Assembly: GCA_024137785.1 (NCBI GenBank)
Contig: JAHRHZ010000032.1
Coordinates: forward strand, 5,379,993 to 5,443,992
Reading direction: 5' to 3'
Source of the DNA: Ginglymostoma cirratum
Taxonomy: Eukaryota
DNA: 64,000 nt
The position numbers and the translations under genes were made by a program. The notes under the pieces were generated by a model, which searched no databases, was not told the DNA's origin, and saw only the letters and a list, made by a program, of their open reading frames with translations. Below are positions 13,101 to 26,220 of the stretch, piece after piece. Each line of letters begins with the position of its first letter. The stretch's first letter is position 1.

Positions 13101-14088
13101 AAAAAAGAAACTTTATGGATATGCTTCTAGTGTTTCCAGGAAAATCGTTACCCTAAGCATCAAACCCAATTTCCAAAACATTTTAAATGTTGTCAGGATT
13201 TCAGTGATGCAGTCAGAGCTCAACATTTTCCAATTCTGTTTGGCTCGCACCCATCCTCATGTCCTTAGTTTGTAGGACATCAATTTTCAAAATGGTACAT
13301 ACTTCTGGAAACATCTTTTTACCTCGCATAGCAGTTTAAACCAACTCACAATTATCATTCGTCATAAAAATACAGTGAATTTGAGTTAGTTGTACGTAAA
13401 GCAGTGCATCGCGTGCTACTGCACTGGGACAGCAAGTCAGTGCCACTAATGTCAATAGGCACATGGGCAGAGTGGGTACCACCTCCAGTTCCATTAGATA
13501 TTGACCACAATATGCATAGCCAAGCACTCATCACATTGGTCACCAATCCCCCAGGGCTACCCGACTGGCCGTTTCACTCCCAACTCCTATCAACATGTCA
13601 CTAGCTGCTTGTCCACGAAGAATGGTAAGCAACAAGGGAACAGGATAGCCAGCAACTTTGCAAGCAGGGTGGTGAAGTGTTGAGGGTTTGGCAAGCAAAT
13701 TTCAATCCCAGAATTTGAATTGACACAAAACATTTGCAAAAGCTACATTATATAGGTGCTGCACTCATTAAACTCTTTAACTTTGCTTAATGTCATGTAC
13801 GAACCTAGTCTTTGATGCAGGAAGGTGCCTATGGCAAAATTTGCAATGACATTACTGACAATAACGGCCTGGCTGGTGAGTGCATTGCCTGCAGTTGCAG
13901 CAAATGCAGCTTGGAATTAAAAGCTTAAATAGACAAAATTCCATTTTAATATTGTGTCATGCAATAAATGTGCCAAGACAAACAGATGAAAATAGAACAC
14001 AAGACATTCTTTATAAACATTCTAATTTCATACGTATGGGCTTTAATTAATTATTCTGGCACTTAAAATAATGATGTATTAAAATTAC

Positions 14089-14475
14089 CTAAAATTCCAA
14101 CAGTGACACCAATTGGACTGGACGTTCCCTCTGCTGCTTTGTGCCAAATCTCACCGGTATACGGAACCCAGACCGAGGCTGTACAGTAGTAATATCCAGT
14201 GTCCATTTCGTCAATTTGTTGCACTCTCAGTCGGTACTCACTGCTACTAATCTTGCTCAATGTGACAAAATCAGTATCGCTCACCACTGCTGCCCGGTTC
14301 AAGCTCACTAGAACCTTATCACTCGGAGGATGCTTTGCTGCAGATGTGCTGAAATACCAGGAAACTTCAACTGTCAGCGTGTCTTCAACTCCTGTTACGT
14401 TGCAGATGAGGTCAATTTCATCACCTTTATTCAAAGTGAGCTTCTGATCGATCGTAGAGACGTTTAATGTCTGGG
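14089..14475 (-). CDS. PTGFRN: PTGFRN exon 4, Ig domain 3
   Basis: Acceptor ttattacag, donor gtaatt, 387 nt, phase 1-1. LICNVT...VSWYF...DTGYYYCTASVW. Confidence 0.95.
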
Positions 14476-14514
14476 CTGTAATAAACAAACAAAAAGCATT
14501 GTAGTGTTTGTAGA

Positions 14515-14828
14515 ATCAGTCAGATTCCCTACAGCGTGGAATCAGGCCATTCAGTCCACACCGACCCTCTGAAGAGCATCCCACTGTAACCCTGTATTTC
14601 CTACGGCTAAGCCACCTAGCCTGTACATTCCTGGACACTATGGGCAATTTAGCATGGTCAATCCACCTAACTGATATCTTTGGACTGTGGGAGGAAACTG
14701 GAGCACCTGGAGGAAACCCACACAGACACAGGGAGAATGTGCAGACTCCACACAGACAATTGCCTCATGGTGGAATTGACCCCAGCTCCCTGGCACTGAG
14801 GGGCAGTGGTGCTAACCACTGAGCCATT
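14515..14828 (-). mobile_element. HE1-like V-SINE
   Basis: V-domain sequence (gggcaatttagcatgg...tttggactgtgggaggaaac...cacagacacagggagaatgtgcag...ctccacacagac), tRNA head and CR1-type tail. Confidence 0.85.
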
Positions 14829-15559
14829 ACAAGCTCTTTAGTAGGCTTTCTTCCTAGGAGTATTCCAAACTTCTACAGTTACCAGAACTTTGCCATCTGT
14901 CGCAAGATGGGCCATTGAAGTGGGTGACCCAAGTTATTGTGGTTTAAAAAAAACAAATATTCAACCAATAAAACCATTAGATTACATAGAGTTACGTTAT
15001 ACATTCTTCACATGAGCATTTGATTCTGCATGCCCCCCTTGGTGTTCTCACATCCTTTGCTCCTTTAACCACCTATTGAATTCTAAATACTGACATTGCT
15101 GATAAATTACCGCTGAATCGCTCAAGAGGAATTTTTAAACCATCTTCTTCACTTTAATTATCAACTCCAGTAGTACTTTCTACTATTTTCATCACCCTCA
15201 AACTGTTTCTCTTGCTCATCGACTTAATTCTTCTAATCTTGTTGCTTCACATTTTCGGACAGAATAGAAAGAAACAGGTCCTTTCCAATGCTTGCAAGTT
15301 CTATATAACAAATTTAAAACAGCTCTCAATTCAACTGATTGGCTCTCATTTATCCTGCATTGAGTCTGGTAGTATCCCATGCAAAACATTACCAGACCCT
15401 TCCTGCTTCCTCAACATAGTTTTGCGCAAAACTAACTGCTTTAAAATGATTTTATAATTGACACATTTCACATTTTAAACATCTTTCTACATGATACTGT
15501 ATTGTGCTAACTCTTTTTTTGGCATGATTCATATTATAAAAAAATGAACCAAAAAAATT

Positions 15560-15897
15560 ACATCATGACATGTGGGTCTAGCTGGCTGTGTCATCATTTA
15601 TTGCCCATCCCTAATTGTTCAGAAGGCAGTTAAGGAATCAGCCACATTGCTGTTGGTCTGGAGTCACATGGAAGCGAGGTCAGGCAAGGATGGCAGATGT
15701 TCTTCCCCGAAGGATAGTGAATCAGATACAGCTTTTTTTAAAAAATTTGACAGTAGTTACATTGTAGCCACTTGCTACTATACATCATTGAAATTCGAAT
15801 TTCAAACAACCTGATTTGAATGTACACCTCCAGAACATTGGGCTAGTAGTCCAGAATCCAGGAGACTGAGTTTACTGCGACATCACTGCCTCCCCCA
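15560..15897 (-). mobile_element. Same SINE family, older copy
   Basis: Tail, body and head recognisable with more divergence. Confidence 0.75.
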
Positions 15898-16196
15898 ATA
15901 GAGATGAAGAATAGGAGTTTAAAACACGCCAACACGGAGAAGACCCCATGGAGGTGAACACAATCGACACGTTATTTTTACGCTCAGATATAAAATTCGA
16001 TCCTCATCTTCAGAGGTTTCAAAAGTCCACTTAAAGGGCAAAGTTTATGACAAATATTGAATTTGAAAACTCATGTGACATATACTAGCAACTCCATCCA
16101 AATGACGCTTTACCCCAGGGAAAGAGGGATTGATCATTTAATAATATTTGCAATAATAATCCACTCCAAATTATAGGATGACTGAAAATAACATAC

Positions 16197-16619
16197 CCAA
16201 CTGCTGCACTTCTATCACTGCAATGTCTGTATTTTTTTCTTGAATCTGTTTCCATTTGGAGCCATCTTCTTTGACCCATTCTGCTGCTATGCAGGAATAA
16301 ACACCCTCATCCTCAGGTCGCAAACTGGTTATTATTAATTTGAAGATACCATTTGTTTCTATTCCCATTCTAACATCACCACTCTGATACCTATTCTTGT
16401 ACAAGTCACCGGGCCGAATCCAACTGTCTTCAGTGAATGACAGAATATCTCGACTCTTGCTGCCATTCACTTTTAACTGCCATGTGACAGAGACATGAGT
16501 AGAAACAGATGAAGTTGTCTTCGCGACACACTGAAGTTCCAGTGATTTCCCTTCCACGTAACTTGCAGGCTTTGCACTTCGGGACCTTCTAGGAGTTACA
16601 GTCAGTCCATCTGGGATCA
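16197..16619 (-). CDS. PTGFRN: PTGFRN exon 3, Ig domain 2 (EWI-motif domain; EWV here)
   Basis: Acceptor ttcttcag, donor gtatgt, 423 nt, phase 1-1. VIPDGLTV...LELQC...HVSVTW...EDEGVYSCIAAEWV. Confidence 0.95.
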
Positions 16620-18424
16620 CTGAAGAAGAATGCATAAGGGTTACTAACAAAACCAGACTAAAGATGCTTGACAGGAATAGTTATCAAACTAGAACCAAGA
16701 ACTTTACCTGATCTCTTTCAGTAACAATGCCTTATTTCAATACTAGTTTCAGTTCTAATTTTATCTCCTTGTCAGGAGTATATCTGCCGCCAACACCACC
16801 CCTACAACCAAAGTATTTGGGAAAATTTATTGGTTGAGCTTAATACAAATGTTGAAGTAAAAGAACCATGGGATTGTTTTATCATTTGATAATTTGAACT
16901 TTAAATACATGATAAATAGAGCAGACATTGTTGCTTCAAAGTGCCCATTCTCTGCAACAATTCAATATGGCGGCCTTCACTTAGTTTATGGCAAACCACT
17001 CCAGGTTTATCAACTTAAGTCATCTTTAAGAGTTTGTTTTTTGACAATGCTCTTTAAACTCAGCCCTTCTCAAAACCAACTGAATGGCAGTAGAAACTGT
17101 TTTTTCTGATTTCTCTCATCACCCATTTCCCACTTATAATTTCTACCTGCTATGATGCTGTCGTCATCCTAGTGAATCTCCCTGTATCTCCTCTGGCCAG
17201 TTCCTTCCCGAAGTAAGGCACCCAAACAGGCCAGAATTTTTAAAACTTGTATAAAATCAATGGTGAGGCTTCAAGCTGAACACTGTCTCTATTTTTGTAC
17301 TTTATACACAGCACACTGGAAAGTAGAGACTGGAACAAAGATTCTATAAACATTTTTCAAATTTCATTGACTTTATGTTTCTGAATTCACTTAATCATTC
17401 GACACAGCTAAACCGATTATGGGAACTGGCAACTTCCCAAGACCTTTGCAAGGATATCAGATGGATTGTTTAGCATTCCCAAACTGACAAGTAACAACAA
17501 AGCCTAGTGTCCGTAATTGTGAAACAATATTACAGGACAAAAGTACTTAACGATTCATCTAGTTATTAACATGAAACCTCTGGCTCAGCCAATACTCTCT
17601 GAAGCAGGCTCTCTTCTACCACTCTAAGGGTAGACAACATAAAAACAGAAGTTATTAGAGCTTCATCAAGTCTCCCCTGTCCAGAGCACATACTACTGAA
17701 AAGCAACAGTTAATTTCCCTGGACAATGTTGGTCTCTATCACTACTCAGTCATAAAATCTGCCATTGAACTACGGCACTGATTTTTTTTCAATTTCCATT
17801 AATTACTATTTCAATTAAAATGACAGCACTAATGCTTTCTAGCTTGAAATCTTACAACATATTTGTTATTCTACAATTAAATAAACATAGGCCAGTGTGC
17901 CAAGGCAACCCATATTTGGGACAGGGTGTGGAGACAAAGTGTAAATCGCAGTATTTACAAATACTTTCAAGAGGGAGTTAAATTAAGTACAACAGTTAGC
18001 AATGGAACCCCTTTTCTTGAGAGGGGGTGAGGGGTGGAGGGGGAAGAATAAAGGCTCAGTTTTCCTTTTCTTCTGCTCAGTAACCAGGAGCAACTATCAG
18101 AAAGGCTGCGTGCATTTGCACATTTACAAGAAAAGGCAAAAAGCTATGAATAAGCTGGAATAATTATAAACAATATTTCCACAGCTGAACAACCTACTCT
18201 TGCTTCTGGTCAAGAGTTGGTACTTGACTGAAATAGCAGTCAGTTGCTAGAATCATAACCAGCATCAGGCAGAAAATTTAGGGGACAAAGGAAGGAAAAA
18301 AAGTGGAAAAATTAATATTTTGCCTCAAGTTAATAAGTGATGTAAATACAAAATGCAATCAATTTGTAAACCTGGATCCACTGAAAATTAAAATAGCAGT
18401 TAGTACATCCTTTACAAAACATAC

Positions 18425-18790
18425 CCTGCAAAAATACGCTGTCATCATAATTTCCAGAACTATTTTCGTCTGTGCTAGGGGTCTGGCATTGATATCTCCC
18501 ATCATCCTCAAACTGGACACTCTTGAAGTGCAGCTCAACAGAGTTGTCACTAAGTCTCTCCACCCAAATTTCCTTCTTCTGGATTTTCTCCTTGTATTCA
18601 GCATCTGAAAATTCAGGTTCCAACGTGCTGACAATCCTAAAGTGTTGATTTGCGCGGGTCACAGACCAATCAAAGTTCTGTTCAGCCGGCCCTTGATAAT
18701 CACTGACGTTACAGGGAATGCTGACTGGAGTTCCAACAACACGGTACAGATGGCCCGATGGGACTTTCACAACACGTGCCAAAATCAGTC
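18425..18790 (-). CDS. PTGFRN: PTGFRN exon 2, Ig V-type domain 1
   Basis: Acceptor cttgcag, donor gtatgt, 366 nt, phase 1-1. RVVKVPSGHLYRVVGTPVSIPCNVSDYQGPAEQNFDWS...YQCQTPSTD...GNYDDSV closely matches the recalled PTGFRN domain 1 (RVVRVP...IPCNVSDYDGPSEQNFDWS...CSTPSTD...GNYEDTV). Confidence 0.95.
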
Positions 18791-19964
18791 CTGCAAGAAT
18801 GAAGGAAGATACCCAAACGTGAATGCCTCTCATTCCAGACAGAACAAAAAAAAAACAAACAAGGGGAGAAACCCCACATCAGAAACTTAAAAGTACACTT
18901 GCTGGTTCTACTGATTACATTAAAATGTGACATCTGTGATTTCATCAAGTAGCATTTTCCATTGTGGCCAATGTTTTAAATTTTGAGCTATCCGTTTCTC
19001 CATGCAAACTTCAAGACATAAAGGAATGCATAATACCATTGACCAATGTATCAGCTATTAAATGTAGTTATTTGGGAATCCAGACATGAGCAATTGTATT
19101 ATGGACTAATAAGTGAGAAAGGGACACCTGCACTGTGTTTGGCCTCAATATTCATTTACATGACATACACATATACATCAAGGCTCACGTGAATAATGGC
19201 ACTACAGAAATGATACTAAAGCAAACATACAGAGAGCCATAATTTGAGAGTGCATTTAAATGTCTGCTATTAGCCCATCTTTCCCTTTTTAATTGCCACA
19301 ATATTTTGCAGAAGTTGATTAAAAACACAAGCTCAATGTCACATCAAGGGAAATTGGGAACCGGGGAACAGTGTTTATTTGGTACTCCTTAGTCAGACTG
19401 AACAATTGTGAAATTAACAGCACAGAAAAAAAAAAGGGGAAGGAAACCAAATTAGATTGGGTGAATTCAAAGTCAAATAAACCACAGAAAGGGAAAGAGA
19501 CATGGTTTATTTTACTTTCTCTCAATCCAAAAGGATAAAATAAGGAAGAACACGAAATGGGTTTTTTTTTAAAAATATTCAAATAAAGCTTAAAGGTACG
19601 AGACTTCTAATTAGTTCATTTCTGTGCCAAAGTTGACTGGCAGCATTTAAGGCTCACACATCATTAAAAGAATATTTTCAGCCTGCAAGACATAACCTTC
19701 TCCAGTGAATTTAGTGCACATCCAACACTAATGAAGCAACAAACTATTCAATACATTTGAATTGTGAAGCAGACAGCGGGCAAAATAAAATTGATCAGAG
19801 ACACCAGCATTTTGGACATGTTTTGAATTTCCACATTTCTCAGCTCATTCTCTTTGCCTGAAGTCGCGTATTATTTTCATGTAAATTTTGAATTGTAGGA
19901 ATCCGTTGTCACTTAGCAAATTATGGAATAATTTTTCTGAATAGGTGAATTTTTTTAAAAATAC

Positions 19965-20300
19965 ATTAGTTATTGGGATGAGGGTGTTGCTGCCTAGGCA
20001 GCATTTATTGCCCATCCCCAATTGCCCAGAAGGCAATTTGGAGTCAACCACATTGCTGTGGGTCTGGAACCACAAGTAGGCCAGACCCCGTAAGAATGGC
20101 AGTTTCTTTCCCTGAAAAAGGACATCAAGTGAACCAGATGAGGTTTTCTGGCAATCGACAATAGATTCATGGTCATCATTAGATTTAGTTCCAAATATTT
20201 TATTGAATTCAAATTCCACCATCTACTGAGTCCACGGAACATTATCTGGCTCTCTGGATTAACAGCCCAGCAATACCACCATGATGCCATCACTTCCCCT
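19965..20300 (-). mobile_element. Same SINE family
   Basis: Reverse-complement match over nearly the whole length. Confidence 0.85.
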
Positions 20301-20304
20301 TCAA

Positions 20305-21140
20305 TCAGAGCCACAGAACGGTTACCGTGCAGAAGGCAGCTGTTCAACCCATTGTGTCTGCATCAGCTCTTTTGAGAATTTTGACTTGGCACCAAATTGT
20401 CGGTTTTTCTCCATCACCCTGCACTTTACATAATTTAGGAAAGACAGTGCCCTTTTTAATGCCTCCGTTGAGCTTACCACCAATCATTTCCATGCAGAGC
20501 ACTCCAAGCACTGATCACTTACTGTGTGGGCAGGTTAGTTCTTTCCTTGCATTTGCTTCTTCAGCAAAACATTTTAAAGCTGTCTTCTAATTCTTGATCC
20601 TTTTACAAACAGGAACAGTTTCTCCATATCCACTTTTCCCAGATCTCTCACAACTTTGCAAATGTCAGCTAAATCTCCCCTTAGCCTTCTCCACTAAATA
20701 GGAAATTACCATCTTGACTTCTTCATAACTGAAGATCGTTATCCTTGGAACCATTCTCACCTGAAAGCATTCCTGCCCTTGCTCTGCAGTGCCCAGAATT
20801 GTACTCAATACTCCAACAGAGGTCAAACCAGTGTCTTAAGTTCAGCACAACTTTGCTGCTTTTATACTTTATGCCCCTATTAATGAAGTCTAAAATATTG
20901 CATACTTAAACATCACTCTTTACATGTGTCACCTATAATGACTTATTTAAATGTTCACTCGGGTCTCTGTATCCCTGCACATCATTAGGAATATTAATCA
21001 TGCTTTATGCTATATAATCTGTGTTCTTTGTGCCAAAATATATCCACGTTAAACTTCATCTGCCACATAACAATCATGTTGGTAAAGTGACAAGCATTGC
21101 ACGGTCCTCACCGTTTATAAGGCTTCTACAGTTTTGATCA
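20305..21140 (-). mobile_element. Old CR1 LINE 3' remnant
   Basis: Reverse complement of the LEYCxQFW region (gcccagaattgtactcaatactcc) and CR1-like 3' UTR. Confidence 0.6.
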
Positions 21141-21251
21141 TAAGTAACTTCCTTAGGGGTTAAGATTTCCCAGACTCAAAATAGGGATTTAGGGTCAGTC
21201 CCGACAGCACAGAGACATTTTAGGATGCGCCTCTAGCAGGGTGTCTTTATC

Positions 21252-21391
21252 AAATAAGAGCCGAAAGAACTGCGGATACCGTAAATCAGAAACAAAAACG
21301 AAAGTTGCTGGAAAAGCTCAGCAGGTCTGGCAGCGTCTGTGAAGGAAAAAACAGCGTTAACGTTTCTGGTCCGGTGACACTGCTCCAGAAT
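21252..21391 (-). mobile_element. Penelope-like pLTR fragment, second subfamily, degenerate core
   Basis: 14-bp TSD with one mismatch, agggt(g/a)tctttatc (21238-21251, 21392-21405); homologous to 27202-27337. Confidence 0.75.
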
Positions 21392-21964
21392 AGGGTATCT
21401 TTATCTGCTGTCCAAATGCTTAAGGTAACAGAAAAGAACTAGGACCTGGGTAGAAAGATCAAAAAGATCCAACTGATGTTTATTAAACTCACCTGATATA
21501 AACAAATATTACGTGCACAAACACCCCCATATGCCTGGGCTCAAATTAAGCCATTTGGTCACAAGGAGCAGTATTCATCTATCAACGTCATTCTCAAGGA
21601 ACCTTACACCTTTATACTCTCAGGTCAGTTGATATTAGATAAAAAAGGAGCATATTTCTTACAAATACACTGATGTAATAACCCAACATTGCCTTGGATA
21701 CCAACATGTACAGTTGGTGTGCAATGGGCATGTCAATTTCTTCTGGGGATTTCTCTCTGGATTTAAGTGTGGGAATTTTAAATAGGCAAAAACGACAGGA
21801 CTAAAGTGTCACAGCAAATATGAACAATGTGGAAACTCAGCCTGCATGTAATCAGATAAGGCAATTTATACTATTCCCATCAGAAATGGTCCAGCTAATA
21901 GAACAATTAAAAGTTATCTTCCATTTGAGCTTTTCATTGAAACTATCTCAAGGCACAAGTCAGG

Positions 21965-22258
21965 GGTGTGATAAAATATTCCATTGTTCAGATATGTGCA
22001 ACTCCAACACTCAAGATTGACAGCACCTAAGACAAAGCATCCTGCTCCATTGGCACCATGCCCACAAATATCTCTGCTCTCCACACCACTACTCAGCAGC
22101 AGTGCACACTATCCACAAAATGCACCTCAAATTCACCAAGATTATTAGATAGCAGCTTCCAAACCCACGACCAAGTCCAACGAGAAGGACAAGGGCAGCA
22201 AATATATCGGAATGCCACCAGCTTCAAGTTCTCCTCTAAGCCACTCACCATCTTGACT
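21965..22258 (+). mobile_element. 3' fragment of the tRNA-headed LINE family
   Basis: Homologous to 49540-49840. Confidence 0.65.
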
Positions 22259-22259
22259 T

Positions 22260-22600
22260 TCTTTATTCATTCATGGGATGAGGGAGTCACTGGCAAGGCA
22301 GCATTTATTGCCCACCCCTAATTGCCCAGAGGGCAGTTCAGAGTCAACCACATTGCTGTGGTCTGGAGTCACATGTAGGCCAGACCAGGTAAGGATGGCA
22401 GTTTCTTTTCCTAAAGGAAACTAGTGAATCAGAAGGGTTTTTCTGACAATTGGTTCATGGCTGTTAGATTCTTAATTCCAGATATTTTATTGAATTCAAA
22501 TTCCACCATCTGCCATGGCAGGATTTCAATGCAGGTTCCCAGAATGTTATCTGGGGACGTGGATTAATGGTCCAGCTATAATACCACTAGGCCATTGCCT
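22260..22600 (-). mobile_element. Same SINE family
   Basis: Reverse-complement match over the whole length. Confidence 0.85.
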
Positions 22601-22607
22601 TATTTTG

Positions 22608-22962
22608 GTACCATTATTCAAGGGTGGTAGGGATAAACAGAATTAAAGGCTAGTGAGTCTAATCTCAGTAGTAAGGAAATTATTGGAAAAATTCCAATGG
22701 GTACAATTAATCTCCATTTGAGAGGGACAAGATTAAGCAGAGATAGTCAGCATGGCTTTGTAAAGGGGAGATATAGTGTCTAACATGTTTGATTGAAGTT
22801 TGTGGAGTGACTAGGTGTCTCGACAAAGGTAGTACATTGTATGTAGTCTACATGGACTTCAGTAAGGCCTTGGACAAGGTATCGCGTGGCAGTTTGGTTA
22901 AGGAGGTAGACGCCCATGGGCTCCAAAGCAATTTGGCAAATTGGATCCAAAACTGGTTTAGG
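22608..22962 (+). mobile_element. CR1 RT fragment (host; continues at about 25850-26220)
   Basis: QHGFVKGR, VVYMDFSKALDKV and NWIQNWF; the continuation carries PQGSVLGP-like and FTDDVKI motifs. Confidence 0.8.
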
Positions 22963-25845
22963 ACAAAGAACGAAGAAAATTACAGCAAAGGAACAGGCCC
23001 ATTGGCCCTCCAAGCCTGCACCGACATGTTGCCCATCAGAACTAAAACCCCCTATCCTTCTGGAGACCATATCCCACTATTCCCATCATATTTGTGTATT
23101 TGTCAAGACGCCCTTTAAAAGTCACTATAGCATCTGCTTCCACTACCTCCCCGGCAGCAAGTTCCAGGCACCCGCCACCATCTATGTAAAAACAACTTGC
23201 CTCGTACATCACCTTTAAACCTTGCCCCAAATAACTGACTCTTCCACTCTGGGAGAAAGCTTCTAACTGTCCATGCCCTTCATAATCTTGTAGACCTCCA
23301 TCAGCTCACCCATCAACCTCCGTCGTTCCAATAAGAACAACAAGTTTCTCCAACTTCTCATCATGGCTAATGCCCTCCATACCAGGCAACATCCTGGTAA
23401 ATCTCCAAAGCCACCACATCTTTTTGGAAAGATGACGACCAGAATTGAACACACTATTCCAAATGCAGCCTAACTAAGGTTCTATTAGGGCTGTAACATT
23501 ACCTGCTAATTTTTTAAACTCAATGCCCTGGCTGATGAAGGCAAGCATGCCATATGCCTTGTTGACTACCTTTTCCACCTGCGTCACCACTTTCAGTGAC
23601 CTGTGTACCTCTGCCTATCAGTACTCTTAAGGTTTATGCCATTTACTGCATATTTTTCATTTAGATTAGACATTCCAAAATGTATTATCTCATCTTTCCA
23701 GATTAAATTCCATCTACTATCTCTTTGCCCAAATCACAGCCGATCCATGTCCAGCTATATCCTTTGACAGTCCTCATTGCTATCCGCAATTCTACCAACC
23801 TTTGTCATCGGCAAATTTACTAAATCAGGCCAGTCACATTTTCCTATGTAACAAATAGCAAAGGTCCCAACACTGATCCCCAAGGAACGCCACTAGTCAC
23901 AGCCCTCCATTCAGAAACGCACCTTTCCACTGCTACCCTCTGTCTTCTATGAATGAACCAGTTTTGTTTTTAATCCATCTTGCAAGCTCACCTCTGACCC
24001 CATGCGACTTTACCTTTTGTATCAGCCTACCATGAGGGACCTTGTCAAAGGCCTTACTGAAGGCTACGCAGACAACATCCACTGCCCTACCCTCATCGAT
24101 CATCTTCACTTCCTCAAAAAAACTCAAGTTAGTGAGACACGACCTGCCTTTCACAAAACCATGTTGCCTCTCGCTAATATGCCCACCGATTTCCAGGTGG
24201 GAGTAAATCCTGTCACCATTTATCCTCTCCAATAAAATTTCCCTACCACCAATGTAAGGCTCATCGGTCTGTAATTAGCTGGATTATCCTTGCCACCCTC
24301 CTTACATAAAGGAACGACATTGGCTATTCTCCAACCTCTGGGAACTCCCCTGTAGCCAGTGAGGATACAAAGATTTCCCTCAAGGCCCCAGAAATTTCCT
24401 GCCTTGCCTCTTTCAGTATTCTGGGGTATACCCTATCAGGCCTGGAGACTTGTCTACCTTAATGTTTTTCAAGACCCCCATTACCTCCTCCCTTTTGATC
24501 TCAACACGACCCAAACTATCTACACACCCTCCATGAGATTCATCATCCACCAAGTCCTTCTCTATGGTGAATACTGACGCAAAGTACTCATTTAATACCT
24601 TGCCCATTTCCTCTGGCTCCACACATAAATTCCCTTCCCCTGTCCCCAAGGGGGCCAACCTTCTCTCTGGCTACCCTCTTGCTCTTTATAGATGTACAAA
24701 AATCCTTGGAATTTTCTTTAATCCGGTTGGCCAATGACTTTTCATGATTCCTTGCTTAAGTTTCTTTCGACTTTCCTTGTCTTTCACCCTTGAGTCGTGC
24801 ATTCCCAGCCTTTTAGCATTGATATATGCTTCCTTTTTCTTTTTGATTAGGCTCATAATATCTGTCATTATCCAAGGTTCCCTGAACTTGCCATACTAAT
24901 CCTTCATCCTTATAGGAATGTGCTGGTCCTGAGTTCCCAGCAACTTACACTTGAAAGACTCCCACATACTAGATATTGATTCACCCTCAAACAACTGCCT
25001 CCAATCTACACTCTTCAGTTCCTGCCTAATATTGTTGTAATTAGCCTTTCCCCAATTTAGCACCTTCACCTAACAACTACACCTATTTTTAATCCATCAG
25101 TACCTTAAAGCTTACTGCTGAATTGTGATCACTGTTCCTGACCTGCTCCCCTGAGACGTTGACCGTCTGGCCAGGCTCATTCCCCCATACTAGGTCCAGC
25201 ACAGACCCTTTTCTAGTTGGACTATCTACATACTGTTTCAGGAAGCCCTCCTGGATGCTCCTTACAAATACTGCCCCATCGGTGCTCCAAGCACTTAAGT
25301 GAGTCCCAGTCAACATATGGAAAGTTAAAAATCACCCACGACAACACTTACTTTTACATCTTTTCAAAATCTGCCTACATATCTGTTCTTCTATCTCCTG
25401 CTGGCTGTTGGGAGGCCTGTAGTAAACCACAAACACTGATTGCACCCTTCCTGTTCCTGAGCTTTACCCATATTGCCTCGCTGTATGAGCCATCCGAGGT
25501 GTCCTCCCGCAGTACAGCTGCGATGTTCTCCTTAACAAGCAACACCCCTACCCCTTTTACATTCCCCTCTATCCCGACTGCAACATCTGTATCCTGGGAC
25601 ATTCAGCCGCCAATCCTGTCCCTCCCTTAACCAAGTCTCTGTAATAGCAACAACATCATAGTTCCAAGTACTAATCCAAGCTCTAAGTTCATCTGCCTTA
25701 CCTATCCTGTCACACTTCTTGCACTGAAACAGATGCACTTCAGTCCATCAGACCCACTTTGATCAGCGACCACACCCTGCCTGCTCTTCTTCTGAGTCTT
25801 ACTGGCCCTATTCTCTAGTTCCCGTTCCCTTTCAGTCAATTCAGT
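22963..25845 (-). mobile_element. Decayed CR1 LINE (endonuclease to 3' tail) nested in an older CR1
   Basis: ELRAWISTWNYDVVAITETWL, NSDHN, VLNEYFASVF, QHGFVKGRSCLTNL, AFSKAFDKVPHGRL; tail of the same family as 2450-2505. Confidence 0.9.
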
Positions 25846-25849
25846 TTCT

Positions 25850-26220
25850 TGGCAGACAGCAGAGAGCAATGGTAGAAGAGTGTTTGTGACTAGAAGGATG
25901 TGCCCCAGGTCATTCCACAGGGCTCAGTACTTGGTCCTGAATCTACATCTTTTAAACGGCAATGATCGAGACATACAGGTTGGGGTATGATCAGTATATT
26001 CACAGATGACGTGAAAATTGGTGGTGTTGCAAATAGCTAACAGTACAATATTGTTGGGCTGGTCAGATGGACTGAAGTGGCAAATGCAATTTGATCCTAA
26101 AACGATAGATACATTTTGGGACTACTGACAAGGCAAGGTAGCAAATGATGAATGGTAGCACCCTAGGAAATACAAAGAATCAGAAGGACCTTTGTGTGCA
26201 TGTACACAGGTCACTGCAAA
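25850..26220 (+). mobile_element. Continuation of host CR1 RT fragment
   Basis: ccacagggctcagtacttggtcc (PQGSVLGP) and ttcacagatgac (FTDD). Confidence 0.75.

Noticed and set aside
15990-16020. CUGAAGA...CGAA on the minus strand as another hammerhead
   Set aside because: No stem II pairing, no GAAAC-NUH and no family flanks.
5317-18790. Alternative identity as CD101, IGSF3 or IGSF8
   Set aside because: Domain 1 and 5 motifs and the short 108-nt seventh exon fit PTGFRN as recalled; a reciprocal BLAST would confirm.
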